Of a stretch of 64,000 nucleotides of DNA, positions 38,101 through 48,371 are shown piece by piece. The notes beneath the pieces were generated by a model. The model was not told the DNA's origin. It searched no databases and saw only the letters and a program-made list of their open reading frames with translations. The stretch comes from a virus: IMG/VR virus record IMGVR_UViG_3300027754_000042; one strand, written 5' to 3'. Numbering within the stretch: position 1 is the first letter of the stretch; every line of letters begins with the position of its first letter. The position numbers and the translations under genes were made by a program.

Positions 38101-38265
38101 ATTCAAGTCAGTGGAAACGGAACAAGCGTTATCGTTGCTACTGTTGGCAGCGGAAGCACTACGGTTTATCAAGTCAATGCGATCTTCTCGAATACGTTCT
38201 TGTCGCTTCGCACAAACTACCTACCAATCAGTTCAAACGCAACATTTGCTTATAGCGTAGGGTAA
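35182..38265 (+). CDS. Baseplate wedge gp7-like protein with N- and C-terminal repeat extensions
   Basis: QFPGFIREE..FVAFLK.Y, FYRSRG, LRASDGRW, LQDNYYYQEFSYV, VHPAG.KMFG. Confidence 0.8.
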   Translation: MATFAVGIVEFTAVTADPVLQWGAGAAITANVAVSEIVGGPVWSLSISESARANNTTFMRYTGAAAMAESVSITDTPASISNIVETITAAATQRANVVFSAIITSPVSATDTFIRVTPVSIVESVTLRDEPFYEKHVVSGAEEIYRKISPKIEMQFPGFIREEGPQFVAFLKGYHQFAEQTGMPIDAIRGLPDNQDIDRSLDMFVEYFRREFMPNIPKYVAADQRLMTKYIREFYRSRGSDDSFRAIFRAMFNKEIDLYYPGQDVLRASDGRWVKETIIRVGTPYNTIPTSMAGNIITGLTSGATARVENTQTLEASGILVYDLTIQGVVGTFSDGEIVQDEYGNRATINNQLGALTGIDVLQGGAFHSSGGSYHEKGDVVEITGASSSEPAYGIVTEVSNKSAVQVTLLNGGAGYTKDHTVITTSGGSGVGLAIRINSWTQTAVSTAINSDAIAPMALVMIGTPNYFVSTGANTATVSSKLSGKLIFSTTSNTISGIGTTFQSQLSNDLLVRVAGQANTLRVHSVLSDTSFVSAFRPLNNQTSPGADAYIRLAAANVNSTLASAFAFSTTGTYSINSIAIISTGYDYKTLPTITITDDTTSVLNIEDGNGGFLGRNAVIGIDNAPGAIVSIDITAGGANFNRNELATIQNVTQGNSVIIESTPGNLGTTWRKTKTTFNASGTPQVSGITKLPGRYTDTKGFLSWNNRLQDNYYYQEFSYVVRVTELVDKYRDIIKNLVHPAGTKMFGTYNMRSAATMPFTLVESNSNIQNVRDNEPVTALDSFTGTMVSNGSITSSSITPAEITAAYVSKEVGISNVANANGVPVAIATYPGAGTANVTATTTETAIGTYPAAGTANTAVTDTPVAIGTYPAARTEAATANNTQVAIATYPGAGTANIALNTTQAAEKFLLVSGRYVTVQYANSIVSLYESVPTSVYDAITISMFDDKPRLVRIAKGTPWFANNALRANTGTIQVSGNGTSVIVATVGSGSTTVYQVNAIFSNTFLSLRTNYLPISSNATFAYSVG
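37657..37890 (+). repeat. ~20-aa (60-bp) coding repeats, AI(A/G)TYP(G/A)A(G/R)T, four copies
   Basis: Visible in both protein and DNA (GCGATTGCTACATA(C/T)CCAGG). Confidence 0.8.
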
Positions 38266-38268
38266 TCT

Positions 38269-38276
38269 TATAAATA
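38269..38276 (+). promoter_or_regulatory. Late promoter TATAAATA
   Basis: Exact consensus; second CTAAATA nearby; GAGGAG RBS downstream. Confidence 0.8.
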
Positions 38277-38332
38277 GCAAGCTAAATAGTCGTAGTTAGA
38301 TTATTTAAAATCAATCCATAGAGGAGAGAAAA

Positions 38333-38902
38333 ATGGAAAATAAAGTTGAACCAAATACTATGGCTGACGCTTCGGTTATCCGTGGTGCTGGTGTAGGTGA
38401 AGGACTAACAGTTTCTGGTTATTACACAGTGTCCTGCGTTGATGAAAATGGTGTTGTAAAGTGGGCCGATGAGTTCTCAAATCTTGTAACCACTGTTGGT
38501 AAGAATGACCTTCTAGACAAGTATCTAGCCGGTTCTGCTTATACCGCTGCTTGGTATATGGGTCTCATTAGCTCCACATCTTACACAGCCGTAGCTGCTG
38601 GTGACACAATGTCATCTCACACAGGTTGGTTGGAAGCTGGCGCTACCTATAACCCAACATATTCACAGGCTACTCGCCCAACTCCAGCTTGGTCTGCCGC
38701 ATCTGCCGGGGCTAAGGCTACATCCGCTGCGGTTTCGTTCTCAATCACTTCTTCTGGTACTGTCAAGGGCGCATTCTTGAATTCAGTATCAACCAAGGAT
38801 GGCACAACTGGCGTTCTTTACTCTGCTGGTTTATTCACTGGTGGCGATAAGGTCGTATCAAGCGGCGACACTGTAAACGTAACCTACACAGCGAGCGCGT
38901 AA
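38333..38902 (+). CDS. Virion structural protein (beta-rich)
   Basis: Own late promoter and strong RBS; KW.D...NLVTT.G.N.LL...WY.GL pattern. Confidence 0.65.
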   Translation: MENKVEPNTMADASVIRGAGVGEGLTVSGYYTVSCVDENGVVKWADEFSNLVTTVGKNDLLDKYLAGSAYTAAWYMGLISSTSYTAVAAGDTMSSHTGWLEAGATYNPTYSQATRPTPAWSAASAGAKATSAAVSFSITSSGTVKGAFLNSVSTKDGTTGVLYSAGLFTGGDKVVSSGDTVNVTYTASA

Positions 38903-38908
38903 GCTAAT

Positions 38909-40501
38909 ATGGCTGGTGGATTAATCACTTCTCATTTTCGTATTCACAATGCGATGCAGTTTGCTGAATCGTTTAGCGAAACTACGCCTTCGCGATATTA
39001 TTTCTTTATCGCGAAGAGCTATGAATGGGTTAATGAGGTTGATCCACCGGAACCAGTAGATACATATCAAGAAACTTACTACAATCAGTGGCGTGATATG
39101 ATGTCGGTTAAACGCATATATGCATCACAGGTTTCTCATGTAGTACCTCGTTATGATTGGACATCTGGTACGGTTTATGATGAGTGGGATGATAAGGAAA
39201 ATTTGCAAACTTATGTAAATCATTCTATTCAAGAGCATAACTATTACGCACTTACAAATGAAAATAACGTGTACAAGGTCATCGACAATAATGGATATGC
39301 TGCCTCTACGGTTAAACCAACAGGGACAGGGACATCCATTATTTCAACATCAGATGGTTATCGTTGGAAATACATGTACACCATTTCTGCTGGTGAAGCA
39401 CTGAACTTTCTTACACATGATTATATGCCAGTAAAAACATTATTGTCTAACGATAATAGTTCCCAGTGGACAGTACAGGATAATGCCGTTGAAGGATCTA
39501 TCAATAATATTATTGTTAGTAACACAGGAAGTGGTTACCTTGTAACGTCAAACACATTTGCATCTGTTACCAATTCAACTGTTATGACATTAAAAAGTAA
39601 TGCTCTTGCTGTGGACGCCGCATATACAGATTCAGCTATTTTTATTAAAGCAGGAACTGGTTCTGGGCAAATTAGATCCATCACTGATTATATGGGTGCA
39701 ACTAGAAAACTAACAGTGAATAATGCGTTTACAACTCTACCCGACACCACAAGTGAATATTATATCTCTCCTCGCGTAATTATTCGTGGTGATAGTGGTT
39801 CTTCGGTATCCACACGCGCATCCGCGTATGTGTCGAATGCTTTAGGTGGCATCGTTCGAAGCGTTACTGTAATTGCGCCAGGGTCAGGTTATACACAAGC
39901 TAATGTTGTATTCAAACGTAATCCATCATATGGTTCTGGCGCAAATGCTTATGTTATCATACCGCCAGTAGGTGGGCATGGGTCCGATCCAGTTGATGAG
40001 CTTCGTGGTTACAATATTATGATTAACGTAAATCTTGTAGGTTCGGAAGCTAACACATTTACATCGAACAACGATTTCCGAATTATTGGACTTCTTCGTG
40101 ACCCGCTTTTGGCTGGTGGTTTAGTAGCAAATGCGTCAGTTATCGACCAGTGTACCAGAATTAACGTAACAAATGTTAGCGGTGATTTTCGAGCTGACGA
40201 AGTAATTACTGGACTAACAACAGGCGCAACCGCAAGAAATGTGTATTTCGCAAATTCAAATTCAACAAGAACATCTGGCATTGTCCGTGTTATTCGTGAA
40301 ACAACAAACGGTACTGGGCAATCATTTTTGACCGGCGAAACTATTGTTGGGGCCACAACAGGCGTGACAGCTTTGGTATCATCTCGTATTGATCCGGCTA
40401 TGAAACGCAACACCGGTTTCATACTATATACTGAGTATAGAGAAAAGGTCGAACGCGCCGGCGATCAAACAGAAAATATTAAGATAGTACTCAAATTTTA
40501 A
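38909..40501 (+). CDS. gp8: Baseplate wedge gp8
   Basis: FRIHNA.QF, VPRYDWTSGTVY, VYKVIDN, DGYRWKYMYTI, GGHGSDPVDEL, NDFRIIGLL, ENIKIVLKF. Confidence 0.88.
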   Translation: MAGGLITSHFRIHNAMQFAESFSETTPSRYYFFIAKSYEWVNEVDPPEPVDTYQETYYNQWRDMMSVKRIYASQVSHVVPRYDWTSGTVYDEWDDKENLQTYVNHSIQEHNYYALTNENNVYKVIDNNGYAASTVKPTGTGTSIISTSDGYRWKYMYTISAGEALNFLTHDYMPVKTLLSNDNSSQWTVQDNAVEGSINNIIVSNTGSGYLVTSNTFASVTNSTVMTLKSNALAVDAAYTDSAIFIKAGTGSGQIRSITDYMGATRKLTVNNAFTTLPDTTSEYYISPRVIIRGDSGSSVSTRASAYVSNALGGIVRSVTVIAPGSGYTQANVVFKRNPSYGSGANAYVIIPPVGGHGSDPVDELRGYNIMINVNLVGSEANTFTSNNDFRIIGLLRDPLLAGGLVANASVIDQCTRINVTNVSGDFRADEVITGLTTGATARNVYFANSNSTRTSGIVRVIRETTNGTGQSFLTGETIVGATTGVTALVSSRIDPAMKRNTGFILYTEYREKVERAGDQTENIKIVLKF

Positions 40502-40513
40502 TCGGAAGGTATC

Positions 40514-43500
40514 ATGGCTGGAGAAGCAAATTCCGTCACGCTCTCAACAAACTTTAACGTAGATCCATTCTACGATGATTTTGATGAGGCAAAGAACTAT
40601 CATAGAATCCTTTTTCGTCCAGGACTAGCAGTTCAGGCCCGTGAACTGACTCAAATGCAAACGATCCTGCAAAACCAGATTGATCGTTTTGCTGAACATA
40701 TTTTTAGAGAAGGTTCAACCGTTAACGGTTTTGAAATGAATTATGATGTAATGTATAATTATGTTCGTGTTCGCGACCGTTCGAGTACAGGTTCTGCTAT
40801 TTCTCCAGTTGATTTCGTAGGTAAAACAATTCAAGGCCAAACATCTGGCGTTACCGCTCTTGTTGTCAATACAAATGACGGTTCAGAAGCTAACACACCA
40901 CACACGAAAACTCTATTCATTAAGTATCAATCAGCAAGCGGTGGAACACGTTATTTTGGTAATAACGAAATTCTAATCGCTACAGACGGTAGCGGTCTTA
41001 CTGCTAATACGATTGTGGGAACAGCAACATACCCAGCCGAAGGGTATGGGTTAGCAGCAACATTCAATTCTGGCATCGTGTATGCGCGAGACCATTTCAT
41101 CCGTGTTCCAGCTCAAACTTTGATTCTCGATAAGTATGGTCGCCGCCCAAGTGTTCGTGTTGGTTTTGATATCACAGAATCAATCGTTACAGAAGTTGAT
41201 GATAGTACCCTCCTTGATCCTGCCTCTGGATCATATAACTATGCTGCCCCAGGTGCTGCTCGTCTCAAGCTTGAAGTTTCATTGAAGAAACTTGATCTCG
41301 ACGCTGCGATATCAAATACATTTGTTGAATTAATGCAGGTAAAAGATGGTATCGTTCAGTCAATTTCAAACCGTACACAGTACTCACAAATTCGTGATTA
41401 TATGGCCCAGAGAACGTCAGACGAGTCTGGAGACTATATCGTTTCTGGGCACAGTTTGTCTGTCAAAGAACATCTAAAATCGGGCAATAATCAAGGTATA
41501 TATACCGCCGCTGAAGGTGGACTTTCAACTAAGTTGTGTGTTATCGTTGCTCCAGGAAAATCATATGTAAAAGGATACGATAATCAAACAATTGTATCCT
41601 CTCGTGTCAATTTGAAAAAAGCAACTGATACTGCTTCTGTCTCTGATGCAAAAGCTCTGGTTGATTATGGTAACTATCTTCTTGTAGACAATGTTGTTGG
41701 TAAGTGGAATCTGGACGCACAGTCTCTGGTCAATCTAAAAAACGATCAGTCAAATGCTGTAAGCACACTTGCATATTCGACAACATGGCCAACTGGTGGT
41801 GCTAAGGGTACAACAATTGGTACTGCTCGCGTTAAGGGTCTTGAGTATTATACCGGTACACCTGGTGCGCCAGATGCTGTCTATAAACTGTATATAACAG
41901 ACGTAAAAATGACTGCGCCATATACGTTTCCGCAAGTTAAAGGTGTTGCGTATTCTGCAAATACACCTGGCAAAGCAGACGTTCGTTATGCGTCAGCTAA
42001 TACGCAAGATGCAGCGACAGATATTTCTGTTTTCCGTTTGCCTACAATCGCAACAAAGACACTACGCAATACTTCTGGCGTAATCAATAACGATTTCACA
42101 TTCTATAAGACATATTCACAAACAACAGACACATCTGGTGTGGCTGCAATTAATACAGGCGACGATAATCAGACGTTTGATGGCGGTGGTTCAGTATTAA
42201 GTCAATCTGGACGACGCACTGATTTCCATGCTGTAGTAACAAGTGCTGCTAATACCGTTGCCGCTGGTTCCGTGTCTATCACTTCTGGTGGTAATACTGT
42301 AACTGGTACTGCTGGTTCAGCATTCACAACTAAAATCAATAAGGGCGATGTGCTTCATATTGGTCTTGCTGGTGATCTAATTGTTAGTGCGGTCAATAGT
42401 GATACCTCGTTGAATGTTCTTGGGACTGCTGGCGCAACTGTAGTCAGTGGTAAGTACTACAAGAAATTCATATCTGGGCAGGTTGTTGATCTTGGTGGTT
42501 ATGGTGGAGACGGCGCTCGTACAGTTACCATTTCGTCGTCACCATCTCGAATTGCAACGATTGATTTGAACGAAACTTTTAATACGACAGGTGCGCCTCT
42601 AAGCATCATCGCGAAAGTTAATCAGATTGATGGACAAGAAGCTGCAAAATCAGTTATTCGTAGTCGTTTGGTTCAGATCAATGTTGGTATGGGTGGAGGC
42701 ACTTCATATGTTGCAAACACAACTGGTCCTTGGTCACTAGGTTTGTCTGATGGATTTAAGCTTGTATCCGTGCGTAAGGTTACAGGTGGAGCTCCAGCGT
42801 CATTTACAACCACAACATCTGGCACCAATGTAACAAATGATTTCGTACTCGATACTGGTATGCGTGATAACTATTATGACCATGCTCGTTTGGTAAAGAA
42901 GTCAACAAGCAGTTTATCTTTATTAAATAATGATCGTTTGCTTGTTACATTGGATCATTTCACACATAGCCATTCATCTGGTGTAGGATTCTTCTCAATC
43001 AATTCATACCCAGTGGATGATTCTCTTGCTGGTTCCGATACATCTAAGATTTACACATATGAGATCCCAATCTTTACGTCACCAACATCTGGTGTTTCTT
43101 TTGATCTTCGCGATTCGTTGGATATTCGTCCGCGCATTGCAGATACAGCCAATAGCGTTACCGCGCTCACAGGAATTTCAAAGAATCCTCTTACATCAAC
43201 AACATTCTATAACCCAACCGGTTGCTTGAAATATTCTCCAACAGGCGAAGATTTTACAACGGACGCTGATTATTATCTAAAGCGTACCGATACTGTTGCA
43301 ATCTCAAAGACAGGTCAAATTGATATTATTCATGGTGCTCCTGCTGCTAGACCATCTGCGCCTGCAGTGCCAGAAGATATGATGGCTATTGCGACAATTC
43401 AGCTTGCGCCATATCCATCTCTCCCTAATGAAATTGGACGTCGTATCAATCGTGCAGATTTAACAAATGTGATTCGTAAGATTCGCAATGAGCGTTATAC

Positions 43501-46500
43501 CATGCGCGATATCGGGACAATGCGTGATCGTATCGACCGCCTTGAGTACTACACATCTCTAAACTTGTTGGAAAAAAATTCTAAGGATCTATTAATTCCA
43601 GACGTAAATGGAAACGATAGATTTAAGAATGGTATTTTGGTTGATCCATTCAAAGGATATGCAATCGCAAATCCTTATGATAATGATTCAAAATGGACAG
43701 TTGATACCGAGAAGGGCGAGATGCGCCCATTATCATCGGTTCAGGAAGTTGTTCCGGTATATTCTGCAAATTCAGTAAATGTGGTACGCACTAACGTAAC
43801 ACCGGCTGGTGTGTCGCGTGACCAAACGATTACGATATCCGATTATGATGCGCGAGTAGCAACTATTGGGTCAACAGTAACATCTGGTGCAATTACAGGC
43901 GTCATTAGAAATGCTGTAGGTAATTTTGCAACAGATTCAACTAAAATATATCTAGAACAATGTACAGGCAACTTTACATCTGGTGGCACATGCTCACTTT
44001 ACATACCTACGCTAACACCTAATTTTAATATTACCGCGGTAGCTACCACAACTCCAGGTGATCTGGTAACACTACCATACACACATAAAATTTTGGTTGA
44101 GCAACCATGGGCTACCACAACTCGTAACTGCACTGGTACTGCATATAACTGGATGGGCACTCTTACGCTAACACCAGATAGCGATTACTGGTGCGATACG
44201 ACAACAAGACCAGACGTTAATATCAGTTTAGATATGAACACTGATAACTGGTTGTATATTGCTGGTGCATGGCCAACATCATACGATGCTTGGAAAACAA
44301 CATTTATTGGACAACCAGTATTATCAAGCCAGAGAGAAATTGATAACGGAACTATAAATGTTCCGCAGGCCGATGGTTCAACGAACATTGTCCAAAATTT
44401 CACTACAGAAAGCATCTTTACATCACCAACAATTGAAACACGTTCATATAATAAACTAAAAGCTTCTATTATTGAGAGTAAAGAAGTTGTAGGTAATTAT
44501 GTCAAAGATGTAAATGTGCAGCCATTCATGCGCTCGCGTATGATTCTTTTCAAAATTGATGGTATGAAGGCCAGCAGTCGTATATATGGATTCTTTGATG
44601 GTATTGATGTCAATGCATACATTACACCATTGACAGCAGCAGAATATGCGCGTGGTGGTAATGGTAAAGTGGGCGTTGGTATAGCATTATATACTCCACT
44701 AACATACGCTGAAGGTGCAGCACTAGTTACAAATAGCGACAGCATAGCATATGGTATTTTCCGTCTACCTAGTGATACTCGTTTGCGATTCCACACAGGC
44801 ACAAAGCGTATGCGTTTTGTTGACAATCCAACAAATAGCACAACATTTGGGCAATTTACAACATCGGCTGAAGCAGATTATTCTGCTGAAGGTTTGATGG
44901 CAGGTATTTCTGATCTAACCCTATCAACTAAGAAAGCTATTATTGCTCAGCAATTCTTGACGGAATCAAAAAATGCGGAGTTCAATTCTTCATCATTGGT
45001 TGGCGGGCAACGTGTCGTTGGTGTTATTTCAGCTCCAGCAGTTGATTCTGGAGACGCTGGAGACGGTGGTCCGGTGTGGACTTTAAATCCAGGTGATGGC
45101 GCTCCAGCGCCGCAGCAAGACGGCAATTGCGGATCAGCAAACGATCCTATCGCGCAGACAATGCTTATTTCAGCCTTGTTGACGAATCGCATACATTCTA
45201 GTGGAATGTATTTGACAAAAATTGACCTGTTCTTTGCAACCAAAGACGCAACTCTACCATTTACTTTTGAATTGCGTGAAGTTGACCCAGGAACTGGTTA
45301 CATCACATCTCGCGTTGTACCATTCTCTCGTGTTGTAATTCCTTCAGCCGATGTGAATATCAGCAGCGACGGTTCAGCTGCAACACCTATATATTTCCCA
45401 TCACCAGTTTATGTTGGTGAAGATAAAGAATATGCTATCGTCATCATTCCTGCTGCTGCAAACCCAAATTACAATGCGTTTACAGCGGTTCTTGGGCAAC
45501 CAGATTTGCGTTATGGAGTAAAAATTACTCAACAGCCAGCAGCTGGATTCTTGTTTACTTCTGCAAATCAAAGCACATGGGTACCGGTTGAAAATGAAGA
45601 TTTAAAGTTTGTTGCGTATCATGCAGTATTTGACACAACTGTATATGGAGACATCATTCTTAAAAATGAGTCACGTGATTATCTAACCGTTGCTAATACA
45701 ACAGGTGCATTCAATAGAATCGGTGAACCTGTGTTTGGTGAAGTCCATCTTGATGGTAAATTTACCAACACAGCTACCATCACTGTTGGTAATACGTCAT
45801 ACACAGGCACACACTTCGCGCATGGTCTAACTTCAAATGCTTACGGTACTATCACATACTGGAGCACAACAGGAATTCGTGTTCGTGGTGTTCCTACTGG
45901 CAGAATGTTTAAGGGTGGCGAAACGATTAAGATTCGCACAACTTCACCGACAACTGGAACTATCATTGGTGCAAATACAAGCGGTAGATTTAAGTCTGCA
46001 ACATATCCATCTGGGCGCGTAACTTATTACGATATCGTAAACTATGCAAATACCAAGCTGCATATTGCAAACACATCATATGCAAACAGTGGACCAGCTA
46101 ACAATCAAAATCGTATGTTTACAAGAAACATGACAATTGTTGGTCAAACAAATGGCTATAGTGCGCGTATTGTTTCAGTTGATAATTTGACTGCTGATAA
46201 AGTCAATTTGATTACCAATTTGATTCAGCCTTCAAATACGTCGGTATATGGTTATACTAAGTTTGCCACAAGCACAAGTGCGAGAGATACTGCATATGTT
46301 CGTGCGTTGCTGAATGATGATACGGCCTTTGATGCTCCTAGATATGTTTTGAGTCGTAGCAATGAATCAAACACTTCGTCATCATCTGCGTCTATGGCAG
46401 TCAATAAATCTGCTGAGATCATTTATAGATTAAATTCTAGAAATACTGTGGCTTCTCCAGCAATCGACTTGAGCCGTATCGCGGTTGTTACTACAAACAA

Positions 46501-47038
46501 TCTGATTAGTTCAAATGCTGAAATCGGATCATCTGAAGATTGGGTAAAATCTGGTGGTAATTCAAAGTCTCGCTATATCACTCGTCGCGTGTCACTAGCT
46601 GACGGACAAGATGCGGAAGACCTTCGTGTATATCTTTCTGGATATCAACCATCAGGCGCCCAGATTTTTGTCTATGCTAAGATTTTGAGTGGTGATGATA
46701 GTGATTTGTTCTCAGATACACGTTGGGTTCCAATGGAACGTGACGACTCGCAAGGATTTACTTTGACAACTGCATATTCAAGCAGTGTCAATAGAGATGA
46801 CTTTATTGAGTTTGTATATAATATTCCAGATTTCCCAACAACTGCAATTGCTGATACCAGTGGACGTGCAATAAATCAATACGGAGCAAATACGTCAACG
46901 GGCATCGTTGAATATCGCAATTCTGGAAAAGTTCGTTTCCAACGATTCAAGTATTTTGCGATTAAGGTGGTATTGGTTGGATCTAGTTCAAATCCACCAC
47001 GTGTTCGCGAACTTCGTGCGATTGCGCTACAGAGGTAA
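40514..47038 (+). CDS. Giant virion structural protein (VrlC/DUF4815-like)
   Basis: NFNVDPFYDDFD..KNYHRILFRPG.AVQARELTQ.Q, APGA.RLK, RYTMRDIG..RI..LEYYTSL, RFKNG..VD.F, DPIAQT, PRVRELRAIAL. Confidence 0.85.
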   Translation: MAGEANSVTLSTNFNVDPFYDDFDEAKNYHRILFRPGLAVQARELTQMQTILQNQIDRFAEHIFREGSTVNGFEMNYDVMYNYVRVRDRSSTGSAISPVDFVGKTIQGQTSGVTALVVNTNDGSEANTPHTKTLFIKYQSASGGTRYFGNNEILIATDGSGLTANTIVGTATYPAEGYGLAATFNSGIVYARDHFIRVPAQTLILDKYGRRPSVRVGFDITESIVTEVDDSTLLDPASGSYNYAAPGAARLKLEVSLKKLDLDAAISNTFVELMQVKDGIVQSISNRTQYSQIRDYMAQRTSDESGDYIVSGHSLSVKEHLKSGNNQGIYTAAEGGLSTKLCVIVAPGKSYVKGYDNQTIVSSRVNLKKATDTASVSDAKALVDYGNYLLVDNVVGKWNLDAQSLVNLKNDQSNAVSTLAYSTTWPTGGAKGTTIGTARVKGLEYYTGTPGAPDAVYKLYITDVKMTAPYTFPQVKGVAYSANTPGKADVRYASANTQDAATDISVFRLPTIATKTLRNTSGVINNDFTFYKTYSQTTDTSGVAAINTGDDNQTFDGGGSVLSQSGRRTDFHAVVTSAANTVAAGSVSITSGGNTVTGTAGSAFTTKINKGDVLHIGLAGDLIVSAVNSDTSLNVLGTAGATVVSGKYYKKFISGQVVDLGGYGGDGARTVTISSSPSRIATIDLNETFNTTGAPLSIIAKVNQIDGQEAAKSVIRSRLVQINVGMGGGTSYVANTTGPWSLGLSDGFKLVSVRKVTGGAPASFTTTTSGTNVTNDFVLDTGMRDNYYDHARLVKKSTSSLSLLNNDRLLVTLDHFTHSHSSGVGFFSINSYPVDDSLAGSDTSKIYTYEIPIFTSPTSGVSFDLRDSLDIRPRIADTANSVTALTGISKNPLTSTTFYNPTGCLKYSPTGEDFTTDADYYLKRTDTVAISKTGQIDIIHGAPAARPSAPAVPEDMMAIATIQLAPYPSLPNEIGRRINRADLTNVIRKIRNERYTMRDIGTMRDRIDRLEYYTSLNLLEKNSKDLLIPDVNGNDRFKNGILVDPFKGYAIANPYDNDSKWTVDTEKGEMRPLSSVQEVVPVYSANSVNVVRTNVTPAGVSRDQTITISDYDARVATIGSTVTSGAITGVIRNAVGNFATDSTKIYLEQCTGNFTSGGTCSLYIPTLTPNFNITAVATTTPGDLVTLPYTHKILVEQPWATTTRNCTGTAYNWMGTLTLTPDSDYWCDTTTRPDVNISLDMNTDNWLYIAGAWPTSYDAWKTTFIGQPVLSSQREIDNGTINVPQADGSTNIVQNFTTESIFTSPTIETRSYNKLKASIIESKEVVGNYVKDVNVQPFMRSRMILFKIDGMKASSRIYGFFDGIDVNAYITPLTAAEYARGGNGKVGVGIALYTPLTYAEGAALVTNSDSIAYGIFRLPSDTRLRFHTGTKRMRFVDNPTNSTTFGQFTTSAEADYSAEGLMAGISDLTLSTKKAIIAQQFLTESKNAEFNSSSLVGGQRVVGVISAPAVDSGDAGDGGPVWTLNPGDGAPAPQQDGNCGSANDPIAQTMLISALLTNRIHSSGMYLTKIDLFFATKDATLPFTFELREVDPGTGYITSRVVPFSRVVIPSADVNISSDGSAATPIYFPSPVYVGEDKEYAIVIIPAAANPNYNAFTAVLGQPDLRYGVKITQQPAAGFLFTSANQSTWVPVENEDLKFVAYHAVFDTTVYGDIILKNESRDYLTVANTTGAFNRIGEPVFGEVHLDGKFTNTATITVGNTSYTGTHFAHGLTSNAYGTITYWSTTGIRVRGVPTGRMFKGGETIKIRTTSPTTGTIIGANTSGRFKSATYPSGRVTYYDIVNYANTKLHIANTSYANSGPANNQNRMFTRNMTIVGQTNGYSARIVSVDNLTADKVNLITNLIQPSNTSVYGYTKFATSTSARDTAYVRALLNDDTAFDAPRYVLSRSNESNTSSSSASMAVNKSAEIIYRLNSRNTVASPAIDLSRIAVVTTNNLISSNAEIGSSEDWVKSGGNSKSRYITRRVSLADGQDAEDLRVYLSGYQPSGAQIFVYAKILSGDDSDLFSDTRWVPMERDDSQGFTLTTAYSSSVNRDDFIEFVYNIPDFPTTAIADTSGRAINQYGANTSTGIVEYRNSGKVRFQRFKYFAIKVVLVGSSSNPPRVRELRAIALQR

Positions 47039-47040
47039 AA

Positions 47041-47256
47041 ATGATAATAGCGAAGGTTAAAGATGCGCCTGGTTTGGTACGAGATATGTCAAACCAGGCG
47101 GTACTCAACACAGACATTTCTGCCCTGGAAGCTTATAAGCGCAAGAGAAATAAGCAACAGGAGATAGACGAGGTCATCTCGGATATAAATAATATGAAGT
47201 CTGATATAGATCAAATAAAATCGCTGATGCAGCGACTTTTAGACAAGATAGGATAA
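47041..47256 (+). CDS. Small coiled-coil virion protein
   Basis: LVRD...AVLNTD...Y...IKSLM; typical partner downstream of the VrlC-like gene; contains TATAAATA at 47184. Confidence 0.7.
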   Translation: MIIAKVKDAPGLVRDMSNQAVLNTDISALEAYKRKRNKQQEIDEVISDINNMKSDIDQIKSLMQRLLDKIG

Positions 47257-47259
47257 TAG

Positions 47260-48369
47260 ATGGCTAAGATAGCTAACGTCGCCCTTACGGATACATTTAA
47301 CACGTGGAGAACACGAACCAACACTGTTTTGGATCGTGTAAGCCAGTTTGCTATCAATAACTCATCTCTGTATGCTAACACGCTGACATCCAACGTAGCG
47401 TTTACATCTAAAGGGCTTGCAACCTTCAACGGGCGAGCTACTGTAGGCACCAATCTTACCGTCTCTGGTAATACTACAATAACCGGTTTGACTACAATGA
47501 GTGGGCGTGCTACGGTAGGTACCAATCTAACGGTATCTGGCAACACGACTCTTGGCGGCGCAAGCAAAACTATAACAATGGGTGGTGCTGCATCTACCCT
47601 AACAATCGGTGGTGCTGGGCACACAACTAATACGTCTGGTTGGTTCGGTGTTGCGGGTCGTGCGACAGTTTCAACTAATCTGTTTGTTGGTGGTAATACT
47701 ATCATTGGTAGTGCAATTGGTGGTGGAACCAGCTCCAAGTTTTCTGTTGTTTCTGGTTCAACTTTCTTTGGTGTGGCACCATCAACATATGCTACCACAA
47801 TTTTAGGTCCTAGACCAGCAAACGATGGTTATGGAACGATAAATTATAATTGGAACGGGATTGCTTCTACCAGTTTCTGGTACTCGGATTGGGGATCAAG
47901 CACATGGACATTAAATCATTATAAGGCAGGTGTTGGTGTATCAGGAATTGAAGTTGCAAACAATGGCGCATTTACAGCAACAAAATCTGCTACAATTACC
48001 AAGAACCTCGTAGTTTCTGGTAATACTACACTAAACGGTACAATAAACGTAGCCAGCGCAAACATTCTTCAACAAACACTTGCTGATGGTGCTACAGTTA
48101 ACTGGAACGTAGCACTTGGGCAAATTGCAACTGTTACTCTTGGTGGTAACCGCACAATGGCTGCACCAACAAATCTAAAAGTAGGTACATATATTCTTCA
48201 TGTGTATCAAGACGGTACGGGTTCACGCACAATAACATGGAATGCCGTATTCAAGTGGACTGCTGCTACTGCTCCTCCATTGACTTCAGCAATCAATTCA
48301 CATGATGTTTTTTCGTTCGTTTCTGATGGTACAAATCTCTATGGTTCATTCATGCCGGATGTAAGATAA
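47260..48369 (+). CDS. Tail fibre protein
   Basis: N-terminal TDTFNTWRTRTN anchor; repeated GRATVGTNLTVSGNTT shaft units; C-terminal beta domain QDGTGSRTITW. Confidence 0.75.
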   Translation: MAKIANVALTDTFNTWRTRTNTVLDRVSQFAINNSSLYANTLTSNVAFTSKGLATFNGRATVGTNLTVSGNTTITGLTTMSGRATVGTNLTVSGNTTLGGASKTITMGGAASTLTIGGAGHTTNTSGWFGVAGRATVSTNLFVGGNTIIGSAIGGGTSSKFSVVSGSTFFGVAPSTYATTILGPRPANDGYGTINYNWNGIASTSFWYSDWGSSTWTLNHYKAGVGVSGIEVANNGAFTATKSATITKNLVVSGNTTLNGTINVASANILQQTLADGATVNWNVALGQIATVTLGGNRTMAAPTNLKVGTYILHVYQDGTGSRTITWNAVFKWTAATAPPLTSAINSHDVFSFVSDGTNLYGSFMPDVR

Positions 48370-48371
48370 AC

